Assembly (NCBI GenBank): GCA_014360895.1 | Contig: JACIWQ010000003.1 | Span: forward strand, 1 to 61,057 | Length of the DNA: 61,057 nucleotides | Direction of reading: 5' to 3' | Source of the DNA: Thermoflexales bacterium | GTDB lineage: Bacteria > Chloroflexota > Anaerolineae > B4-G1 > DUEL01 | Shown here: piece by piece, positions 26,489-33,695 of the stretch | How positions within the stretch are numbered: the stretch's first letter is position 1 | Layout of the letters: each line of letters starts with the position of its first letter | Position numbers and translations under genes: made by a program | Notes under the pieces: model-generated | Told to the model about the DNA's origin: nothing | What the model saw: the letters and a program-made list of their open reading frames with translations, nothing else | The model's database searches: none

Positions 26489-27292
26489 TTATGGACGATA
26501 CGCGTAGAGAAAACCCAGATACGGGTGGACGGGATTGGGCGTTATCCGAGTCTGGAATCCATACTGATGCAAGTAACCAATCAAGTCGGTATGGGTGAAC
26601 CGGGTGAAGCCGTCGTGATATTCCAGGCATATCCTGGAAATCCTCTCCAGAGTGGTAGGGGAGGTCCCGAAAAGCACATCAAATTCGCATCCTTCGCAGT
26701 CCATTTTCAGGAAATCGCATCGCTCTATTCCGTTGATTGCAAAGGCATCATTAAGGGTCACCCCCTGGACTTCTGTGTACGGAATTGAGTCATCGGAGTG
26801 CCCCTCCAGTAGAATGGTGTGTTGAACGGCCTCTCCCTTAGCAAACAGTCTCACCTTCTCGTTTCTGGCTCCGACGGCCACCTGGAATGAGGAGATATTA
26901 TAGACATTATTCAGGGCGATGTTTTCTTCCAACAATTGGTACGAATCAGGAAAGGGCTCATAGGCATAGATGTGGCTATGGGGATTTTCGCGGGCAATTA
27001 GAATCGCGAAGTCCCCCAGACCAGCGCCGATGTCAACCACTGTCCAGCCATCCTCAATCGGTGTTCCGTACAACTCATATTGCCGGTCCAGGCAGGTTTC
27101 CTTAACGATCCAGACGTCCATCAGGCTTCGCACACGGAACCGGCAACCGTTTCTGAGCCGAATAACCGGGCGTTTGCCCCACAGGAGCATCAAGATGAGA
27201 GGCCAATTCTCAATTTGCCCAAAGATAGTCGGGATAGAACTGAGATAGTAGCGGATGCGCGAAGTTATCCCGGCGGCCCGAGTCATGGACAC
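26489..27292 (-). CDS. FkbM family SAM-dependent methyltransferase
   Basis: VVDIGAGLGDF (SAM motif I), AYEP, FLKMDCEGCEFDVL (FkbM hallmark). GC is markedly low: two 60-nt lines counted at 38 % and 43 %. Confidence 0.8.
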   Translation of the reverse strand: MSMTRAAGITSRIRYYLSSIPTIFGQIENWPLILMLLWGKRPVIRLRNGCRFRVRSLMDVWIVKETCLDRQYELYGTPIEDGWTVVDIGAGLGDFAILIARENPHSHIYAYEPFPDSYQLLEENIALNNVYNISSFQVAVGARNEKVRLFAKGEAVQHTILLEGHSDDSIPYTEVQGVTLNDAFAINGIERCDFLKMDCEGCEFDVLFGTSPTTLERISRICLEYHDGFTRFTHTDLIGYLHQYGFQTRITPNPVHPYLGFLYAYRP

Positions 27293-27319
27293 GTTCCTGA
27301 AGGGTTCAGCACCATATCA

Positions 27320-27796
27320 TTATAATCCAGATCGGTCAGGGGGCAACTCCTCCGAAACCACTCTCACTCCCTCCCGTCGCAGGAGGGCCGCGGTGACTCC
27401 CTCGCCAGGGATCAGCCGATGGGTATGGGTGCCGTCATAGATGCCGGAAGGGCTGCAGGAGGGACTGCGGGCCTTCATCACGGCGAGCCGAATCCCATAC
27501 CGCCGGACCAGGGCCAGCGCGACCTCTGCCCCCCGCAGGTAGGCCTCCGTCACGTCCTCTCCGGCGGCGGTGAGGACGCGCGCCCGTCCGTCCAGGACGT
27601 CGCCGCCGCTGCCGCCGACAATCTCTGCCGGTGGACGGGGCACCGGTAGCCCACCCGCAACCTCCGGACAGACCGGGACCACCCGCCCCAATGCTGCCAG
27701 CCGGACCAGTTCCGCCACCAAATGCCCGCGTCCGTCGTAGGACGTGGGCAGCCCCAGCAGACACGCACTGACCAGAACTACCCCGTTTTCCTCCAT
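27320..27796 (-). CDS. DUF523 (YbbK / 2-thiouracil desulfurase-like) protein
   Basis: VLVSACLLG.PTSYDG, VPVCPEVAGGLP.PRPPAE, KARSPSC. I use the ATG at 27794-27796; the longer track ORF would cover the divergent promoter. Confidence 0.8.
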   Translation of the reverse strand: MEENGVVLVSACLLGLPTSYDGRGHLVAELVRLAALGRVVPVCPEVAGGLPVPRPPAEIVGGSGGDVLDGRARVLTAAGEDVTEAYLRGAEVALALVRRYGIRLAVMKARSPSCSPSGIYDGTHTHRLIPGEGVTAALLRREGVRVVSEELPPDRSGL

Positions 27797-27837
27797 CGTT
27801 CCCCCTTGAGTCGCGAATCCGCTGGTATTATACCCAC

Positions 27838-27866
27838 TTGACATCCAGCACAAACTGTGCTATAAT
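27838..27866 (+). promoter_or_regulatory. Consensus sigma70 promoter of the GntR-family gene
   Basis: TTGACA (27838-27843), 17 nt spacer, TATAAT (27861-27866), with TG at 27858-27859 (extended -10). Confidence 0.6.
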
Positions 27867-27899
27867 CATAGCGCATTAGTTCAATGGATTATTGGTTCA

Positions 27900-28277
27900 A
27901 TGAGACTGCAGATAGACCCGGAGAGTCCTGTTCCCATCTACGTCCAGATTGAGGAGCAGGTACGGGCGCTGGTCGCGGCGGGGCAACTGCGCCCCGGCGA
28001 CCAATTGCCGACCATCCGGCAACTGGCGGTGGACCTGGGGGTGAACTACAACACCGTCGCCCGCGCCTATCTGGAACTGGAGCGCGCCGGGGTCATTACC
28101 ACCCAGCGTGGGCGAGGGACTTTCGTCGCGGGGATTCCGGACGAGGCCCGGCAGGCCCAACTGCGGGCGGAGAAACTGCGGGCCATCCTGCGGGCCGCGA
28201 TAGACGAAGCGCTCCATCTGGGGTATAATCGGGACGAAATCGCCGCCGCGTTCCGGGAGGAAATAGGACGCGGATGA
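27900..28277 (+). CDS. GntR family (YtrA-subfamily, short) transcriptional regulator
   Basis: PIYVQIEEQVRALVAAGQLRPGDQLPTIRQLAVDLGVNYNTVARAYLELERAGVITTQRGRGTFV, with only a ~55-aa C-terminal part. Confidence 0.9.
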   Translation: MRLQIDPESPVPIYVQIEEQVRALVAAGQLRPGDQLPTIRQLAVDLGVNYNTVARAYLELERAGVITTQRGRGTFVAGIPDEARQAQLRAEKLRAILRAAIDEALHLGYNRDEIAAAFREEIGRG

Positions 28278-28395
28278 ACGCGGACGAGCGCGGATGTTCC
28301 TTGAACGGGATGCGCGCCGCGCCACCCGGCTCTATTTCCGATAAAGTCTAGCGAGACATTTCCGGCAGGCAACGCTTCCAGTAAGAGGTAGACCA

Positions 28396-28956
28396 ATGGT
28401 GTCCCTGCTCTTCTACTGTGTCCCTGTGCTGATCTACGCCCTGGCCGTATGGCTCAGAGAACGGATCGGCCCTCGCGAAATCGCGTCGCGCCTGGGACTG
28501 GTGCCAGGCCCCGCTCGGTATTACGGTTGGGCTCTTGGCGTTCTCCTTCTGACAATGACCTGGCGTCTTCTCGCCACCCGGTGGTTCCCTGCTCTGGGAG
28601 CCTTCCAGGAATTCGCCGGTCAGCCGCTGACGTTCAGCAATGTGCTGCGGGCGCTGGAATTTGGGTTGCTTGCCACTGGCCTGGGTGAGGAGTTGCTCTT
28701 TCGCGGGCTGATCGGTGGCTGGCTGGGGCGACGGCTGCGGTTCTGGGTCGCCAACGGGATTCAGGCCTTCCTTTTCACCCTGCCTCACTTGCTTCTGGTG
28801 GCGGAAGCGCCTCACCTGTGGCCGCTGGTTTTTCTGACTCCCTTCCTGTTCGGCCTGGCCATAGGCTGGCTCCGGCTGAAATCCGGCAGCATCCTCCCCG
28901 GCTGGATCGTGCACGGTGGAGGGAACGTCTTTGTGGCGATAATGGCGATGGCGTGA
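28396..28956 (+). CDS. CPBP family intramembrane glutamic endopeptidase (CAAX protease-like)
   Basis: Motif 1 GLGEELLFRG, motif 2 FLFTLPHLL, motif 3 GWIVHGGGN. Confidence 0.85.
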   Translation: MVSLLFYCVPVLIYALAVWLRERIGPREIASRLGLVPGPARYYGWALGVLLLTMTWRLLATRWFPALGAFQEFAGQPLTFSNVLRALEFGLLATGLGEELLFRGLIGGWLGRRLRFWVANGIQAFLFTLPHLLLVAEAPHLWPLVFLTPFLFGLAIGWLRLKSGSILPGWIVHGGGNVFVAIMAMA

Positions 28957-29075
28957 ACCGCGTTTGCCTCGTAGCGCGGGCCGCTAGGCCTGCCAGGTGC
29001 AGGCTAATCGCAATTGGATAAATTGCCCGGGCAACTATCGTCTATGCCCGACAACGTCATTGCGAAAGGGACAGG

Positions 29076-30050
29076 ATGGACAAACGGGAACGCCTTCAGC
29101 GTGCGATCGCCGGGGAGCCGGTAGACCGTCCGCCGGTGGCCCTCTGGCGCCACTGGCCCGTAGACGACCAGACGCCCGAGGGGCTGGCCGAGGCCACCCT
29201 CCACTTCCAGCGGGAATGGGACTGGGACTTCGTCAAGGTCACCCCGTCCAGTTCCTTCTGCCTGCGGGATTGGGGCGTCCGGGATGAGTGGCGCGGCAAC
29301 CCGGAGGGGACCCGCGACTACATCTTTCGCCCCGTCCAGTCCCCCGACGACTGGGCGCGCCTGGCGGTTCTGGACCCCCGCCGGGGCTCGCTGGGGGCCC
29401 AACTGACCGCGCTGAAGCGGATTCGGGCCGCTCTGGGAAATGAGGTCCCCGTCCTCCAGACCGTCTTCAGCCCTCTGGCCCAGGCGAAGAACCTGGCGGG
29501 AGACGACCGGCTGCTCCTCCATCTCCGCCGGTATCCCGACGCCCTGCGGGCAGGCCTGGAAGCCATCACGGAGACGGCGGTCCGGTTCGTGGAGGCGGTC
29601 CGGGAACAGGGCGCGGACGGCATCTTCTACGCCGTCCAGCACGCCCGCTACAGCTATATGAGCGCGGAGGAGTACCGCCTCCTCGGGCGTCCTTACGACC
29701 TGCGGGTTCTGGAAGCGGCGCGGGGGATGTGGCTCAACGTCCTGCACCTGCACGGGGAGGCGGTGATGCTGGAGGCGCTGGCGGATTACCCTGTTCAGGT
29801 CCTCCACTGGCACGACCGGGAGGGCGGGCCCGCGCTGGAGGTGGGGCAGGCCCTCTTTGGGGGCGCGGTCAGCGGTGGAGTGGGGCGCCGGACCCTTGTC
29901 CTGGGGACGCCGGAGGAGATAAAGGCCGAGGTTGCCGATGCGGTGGCCCGGACAAGAGGCCGTCGGCTCATCCTGAGCACGGGATGCGTGGCCCCGTTGA
30001 CGACGCCCTGGGGCAACCTGCGGGCCCTCCGCAGGGCTGTGGATGAATAA
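29076..30050 (+). CDS. Uroporphyrinogen decarboxylase (URO-D) family protein
   Basis: 324 aa. GEPVDRPPVALWRHW N-terminus and overall URO-D/MtaA-like pattern. Substrate not assignable. Confidence 0.7.
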   Translation: MDKRERLQRAIAGEPVDRPPVALWRHWPVDDQTPEGLAEATLHFQREWDWDFVKVTPSSSFCLRDWGVRDEWRGNPEGTRDYIFRPVQSPDDWARLAVLDPRRGSLGAQLTALKRIRAALGNEVPVLQTVFSPLAQAKNLAGDDRLLLHLRRYPDALRAGLEAITETAVRFVEAVREQGADGIFYAVQHARYSYMSAEEYRLLGRPYDLRVLEAARGMWLNVLHLHGEAVMLEALADYPVQVLHWHDREGGPALEVGQALFGGAVSGGVGRRTLVLGTPEEIKAEVADAVARTRGRRLILSTGCVAPLTTPWGNLRALRRAVDE

Positions 30051-30053
30051 GAC

Positions 30054-30132
30054 TCACCGCAGAGAACGCAGAGGACGCAGAGATTTTTGTAGAATAGACT
30101 GTTCTCCGCGCTCTCTGCATCCTTTGCGGTGA
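30054..30132. repeat. Hairpin 'word' repeat (tcaccgcagagaacgcagaggacgcagaga ... ttctccgcgctctctgcatcctttgcggtga)
   Basis: 30-nt arms at 30054-30083 and 30102-30132. When the right arm is reverse-complemented, all six mismatches are transitions. AT-rich loop. Confidence 0.7.
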
Positions 30133-30159
30133 AAATCCTGAGTTCTGAAGGAGGCGATC

Positions 30160-31161
30160 ATGGTCGTGGTTCCGGCAACTCAATCCCGGCGCGGGGAGCG
30201 CCCCCCGGCGGGAGCCCCTCAGCGGAGAGAGCCTGCCCTCAAAGGCTTCAGCGGCCTGGCCCTGGCACTCTTCGTCATCCTGCTGGTCATCTCCGTCATC
30301 ATGGCCATCATTCTGGATTCCCTGGGCGTGCCGGACGGCTGGATCGGCGCGGAGGTTATCCTCCTCAACCTGGCCGGCCTCTACATCCTCTTCGCCCTGC
30401 GCGTCGCCAACCAGTGGGAGAAGGCCATCGTCCTGCGGCTGGGGCGATTCCGGGGCCTCAAGGGCCCGGGGCCCTTCTGGATTGTCCCGGTCGTGGACAC
30501 CATCCCGGCGATGGTAGACCACCGGGTGATGGTCACCCCCTTCACCGCGGAGCGGACGCTGACGAAGGACTCGGTGCCGGTGAACGTGGACGCGGTCCTC
30601 TTCTGGGTGGTCTGGGACGCCGAGAAGGCGGTCCTGGAGGTGGAGGACTACCAGACGGCCATCGCCTGGGCCGCGCAGACGGCCCTGCGGGAGATCATCG
30701 GTCAGATGGACCTGGCCAGCATCCTCGTCGGGCGGACGGTGATGGACGCCGAACTCCAGCGCATCATTGACGAGCGGACGACGCCCTGGGGCATCACCGT
30801 CCAGTCGGTGGAAATCCGCGACATCGTCATCCCGGAGGCGCTGGAGGACGCGATGAGCCGTCAGGCGCAGGCGGAACGGGAACGGCAGGCGCGGGTCATC
30901 CTGGGGGAGAGCGAGAAGCAGATCGCGGCGTCCTTCGCCGAGGCCGCGCAGGCCTACCGGGATAACCCCACCGCGCTCCACCTGCGGGCGATGAACATGC
31001 TCTTTGAGGGACTGAAGGAGAAGGGAGCGCTGGTCATCGTCCCGTCCAGTGCGGTAGAGACGATGAACCTGGGCGGGCTGATGGGGATGGCCTCTATGAC
31101 CGGCGCCCTGCAGACGCTCATTGCGGGAGGACAACCATCCACCTCACCACAGGAGGGATAA
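30160..31161 (+). CDS. SPFH/Band 7 (stomatin/slipin-like) membrane protein
   Basis: N-terminal TM hairpin, then ANQWEKAIVLRLGRF...GPGPFWIVP, TKDSVPV.VDAV..W.V.D, REIIG, AEAERERQARVILGESE. Confidence 0.9.
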   Translation: MVVVPATQSRRGERPPAGAPQRREPALKGFSGLALALFVILLVISVIMAIILDSLGVPDGWIGAEVILLNLAGLYILFALRVANQWEKAIVLRLGRFRGLKGPGPFWIVPVVDTIPAMVDHRVMVTPFTAERTLTKDSVPVNVDAVLFWVVWDAEKAVLEVEDYQTAIAWAAQTALREIIGQMDLASILVGRTVMDAELQRIIDERTTPWGITVQSVEIRDIVIPEALEDAMSRQAQAERERQARVILGESEKQIAASFAEAAQAYRDNPTALHLRAMNMLFEGLKEKGALVIVPSSAVETMNLGGLMGMASMTGALQTLIAGGQPSTSPQEG

Positions 31162-31162
31162 A

Positions 31163-31666
31163 ATGACCACCGATGCATTCCAAACGGACCGGATAGAAGT
31201 CATCCCGTCCGGTTTCCTTGCCCTCCGCTACGAGTTCCGGTCGCCGATGGGGGCGCTGGGGGTGCTGAACCTCTCCGCCTTCCGGACGGGGGGCCGGTTC
31301 CAGGACGCCGATGGGCGCCTGTGGCGGATGCGGCGGAGCCACTGGTGGCGGCGAAACTACGAACTGCGGGCCGACGACACGGTGGTGGCGACGGCGCGGG
31401 GGCGGGGAATCCGGCGGATGGTTCTGGACCTGGAATTTCAGGGTGAGCCGTATCTCCTGGAGCCCACCGACTGGTGGGGCAGGAAGTGGCAGCTCCTGGG
31501 CCCGGCGGGGACGGCCCTGCTGGAAATCCGGCGGCGCGGGGTGTTCCGCCCGGGGCTGGTCCTGGAGGTGCTGGGGCCAGTGGCGGGGGAACTGCTGGCC
31601 TTCGCCGTCTACCTGGTCCTGACCATCTGGCGGGAAGGCGCGGCGGCCGCAGCGGCCAGAGCGTAG
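31163..31666 (+). CDS. Hypothetical protein with a C-terminal TM helix, translationally adjacent to the SPFH gene
   Basis: The ATG at 31163 is preceded by AGGAGGG and lies 2 nt after the SPFH stop. About 167 aa, Arg/Trp-rich beta-type sequence, then LLAFAVYLVLTIW. No family recognised. Confidence 0.5.
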   Translation: MTTDAFQTDRIEVIPSGFLALRYEFRSPMGALGVLNLSAFRTGGRFQDADGRLWRMRRSHWWRRNYELRADDTVVATARGRGIRRMVLDLEFQGEPYLLEPTDWWGRKWQLLGPAGTALLEIRRRGVFRPGLVLEVLGPVAGELLAFAVYLVLTIWREGAAAAAARA

Positions 31667-31675
31667 GGAGAATTT

Positions 31676-31770
31676 ACCACGAAGACACAAAGACACGAAG
31701 GGGAATGCGAATGAACAAATGACCGAATGACCAAAATTGATAAATCTTCGTGTCTTCGTGCCTTTGTGGT
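31676..31770. repeat. Hairpin 'word' repeat (accacgaagacacaaagacacgaagg ... cttcgtgtcttcgtgcctttgtggt)
   Basis: Arms at 31676-31701 and 31746-31770. The three arm mismatches are all transitions. The 44-nt AT-rich loop itself stutters (gaatgcgaatgaac, aatgaccgaatgacc). Confidence 0.7.
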
Positions 31771-31791
31771 TTTATCCCGGAAGGAGGCGAT

Positions 31792-32565
31792 ATGCTGATT
31801 GTGGCGTTCATCGTGGAGATGCTCATTATGTTCGGCGCGCCGGTGGCGCTCTGGCTCTTCCTGCGGCGGCGATACCGGGTCGCCTGGGGGCTGGTCGCCG
31901 TGGGCGCGCTGACCTTCGTCCTCTCCCAGGTGGTGCATATCCCCTTAAACTGGGGGTTGGGCCTGATCGGGGGTGGACGCGGCGTGGCCCTCTGGCCCCT
32001 TCCGGCGATGGCGGCCGTCGCAGGCCTGAGCGCCGGGGTCTGCGAGGAGGGGGCCCGCTACCTGGTGCTCCGCTTCTGGCGGAAGGAGGCCCGCTCCTGG
32101 GCTCAGGGGCTGGCCTTCGGCGCCGGGCACGGAGGGATAGAGTCCATCCTGCTGGGGCTCTCCGTCCTGAGCGGTTTCGCCAGTATGCTGGTCCTGCAAA
32201 GACTGGGGCCCGAAAACCTGGGGCTTTCCGGAGAGTTGCTGGAGCAGACCCGGCAGCAGGTGGCGGCCTACTGGGCCACTCCCTGGTACCTGCCTCTTCT
32301 GGGCGGGCTGGAGCGGGTCTTCGCCATCACGATGCACATCGCCTGGACGCTGCTGGTGTTGCGGTCGGTGGTGCGGGGGAACCTGCTCTGGCTGGGCCTG
32401 GCGGTGCTGGCCCACGCGCTGGTGGACGGACTGGCCGTCGGCCTGATGGGAGCCGGGGTCTCTCTCCCGGTGGTGGAGGGCGTGGTCTTTCTGCTGGCGC
32501 TGGGGGCGCTGGCCCTTATCATCGCCCTGCGGCCGCGCGGAAAGGCGGAAGACGCTGGCGGATAG
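31792..32565 (+). CDS. YhfC-family intramembrane metalloprotease
   Basis: About 7 TM segments with GVCEEGARY and FGAGHGGIESILLG motifs. AAGGAGG lies before the ATG at 31792. Confidence 0.7.
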   Translation: MLIVAFIVEMLIMFGAPVALWLFLRRRYRVAWGLVAVGALTFVLSQVVHIPLNWGLGLIGGGRGVALWPLPAMAAVAGLSAGVCEEGARYLVLRFWRKEARSWAQGLAFGAGHGGIESILLGLSVLSGFASMLVLQRLGPENLGLSGELLEQTRQQVAAYWATPWYLPLLGGLERVFAITMHIAWTLLVLRSVVRGNLLWLGLAVLAHALVDGLAVGLMGAGVSLPVVEGVVFLLALGALALIIALRPRGKAEDAGG

Positions 32566-32572
32566 AGATGAA

Positions 32573-32605
32573 ACGTGCCAGGCGCTTCGGAAGCGCCTGG
32601 CACGT
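32573..32605 (+). terminator. Strong hairpin 3' of the YhfC-family gene
   Basis: Perfect 13-bp stem acgtgccaggcgc / gcgcctggcacgt with loop ttcggaa, 8 nt after the stop. No clear U tract. Confidence 0.5.
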
Positions 32606-32650
32606 GGAATATCCGGCAACCGTCATTTTCCCCGCTACCGTTACCCATCG

Positions 32651-32679
32651 TTTACCCCCCGCCATCTTTGTGCTATAAT
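32651..32679 (+). promoter_or_regulatory. Sigma70-like promoter upstream of nadC
   Basis: TTTACC (32651-32656), 17 nt spacer, TATAAT (32674-32679), with TG at 32671-32672 (extended -10). About 170 nt upstream of the preferred nadC start. Confidence 0.45.
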
Positions 32680-32854
32680 TAGCACCGGGCAGTTGATGGG
32701 GGCATGCCTCTCGCCCTGAAACTGGCGGCGGCCCTTGTAGCCTTCCGGCCGCAGCGGTACAACGGGGCTCATGCCTGCCCGCGATGTTTCACGTGAAACA
32801 CTCCCCGGCCTGGCGCGGATGAACCGGGTTGGAAACCACCTGTCAGAAAAGAGA

Positions 32855-33685
32855 ATGGACCCTGCCCTGTATTCCCACCTGATAGACCTGGCCCTGGCCG
32901 AGGACATCGGTCCGGGGGACGTCACCTCGGAGGCGGTGTTGCCGCCGGACCTGCGCCTCCGCGCGCACATCGTCGCCAAACAGGCGGGAGTGATCGCCGG
33001 ATTGCCCATCGCGGAGGCCGTCTTCCGGCGGGTGGACCCCTCCATCCGCTTCACCCCCTTCGTTCAGGACGGCGCGCGGGTGGAGGCCGGGACCGTCCTG
33101 GCAGAGGTAGAGGGGCCGGCCCGAAGCCTGCTGGCCACGGAGCGGACCGCCCTCAACTTCCTCCAGCGCCTCTCCGGGATCGCCACCCTCACCCGCCGCT
33201 TCGTGGACGCTGTCGCCGGGACGCGCGCTGTCATCCTGGATACCCGCAAGACCCACCCCGGCTGGCGCGCCCTGGAGAAGTACGCCGTCCGTATGGGCGG
33301 CGGGCAGAACCATCGGATGGGCCTCTACGACATGATTCTCATCAAAGACAACCACATCGCGGCGGCGGGCTCTATTACCGAGGCCGTCCGGCGGGCCCGC
33401 GCCGCTCACCCCGACCTGCCCATAGAGGTGGAGGTGAAGAACCTGGACGAACTCCGGGAGGCACTGGAACTGCCGGTGGACCGGATTATGCTGGATAACT
33501 TTGACCTGGAGTCCGTCCGTGAGGCCGTCCGCATCGCCGCCGGACGGGTGCCGCTGGAGGTCTCCGGCGGGGTGACGCTGGAACGGGTGGCCGCACTGGC
33601 CGCGACGGGGGTGGACTACATCTCCGTCGGCGCGCTGACCCACTCCGCCCCGGCGATGGACATCAGTATGGAAGTACTCAAGTAA
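32855..33685 (+). CDS. nadC: Nicotinate-nucleotide pyrophosphorylase (carboxylating)
   Basis: LALAEDIGPGDVTSE, ERTALNFLQRLSGIAT, ILDTRKT.PG.R.LEKYAV..GGG.NHR.GLYD..LIKDNH, MLDNF. I prefer the ATG at 32855 (276 aa, typical length) over the track start at 32771. Confidence 0.9.
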   Translation: MDPALYSHLIDLALAEDIGPGDVTSEAVLPPDLRLRAHIVAKQAGVIAGLPIAEAVFRRVDPSIRFTPFVQDGARVEAGTVLAEVEGPARSLLATERTALNFLQRLSGIATLTRRFVDAVAGTRAVILDTRKTHPGWRALEKYAVRMGGGQNHRMGLYDMILIKDNHIAAAGSITEAVRRARAAHPDLPIEVEVKNLDELREALELPVDRIMLDNFDLESVREAVRIAAGRVPLEVSGGVTLERVAALAATGVDYISVGALTHSAPAMDISMEVLK

Positions 33686-33695
33686 AGATAAGACG

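Noticed and set aside
32680-32854. NAD+ riboswitch (nadA/pnuC-motif type) in the nadC leader.
   Set aside because: I could not align the leader to the consensus I remember for either NAD+ riboswitch class, and the most striking element is a loop-less DNA palindrome. I kept it only as an unexplained leader in the findings. An Infernal scan is needed.
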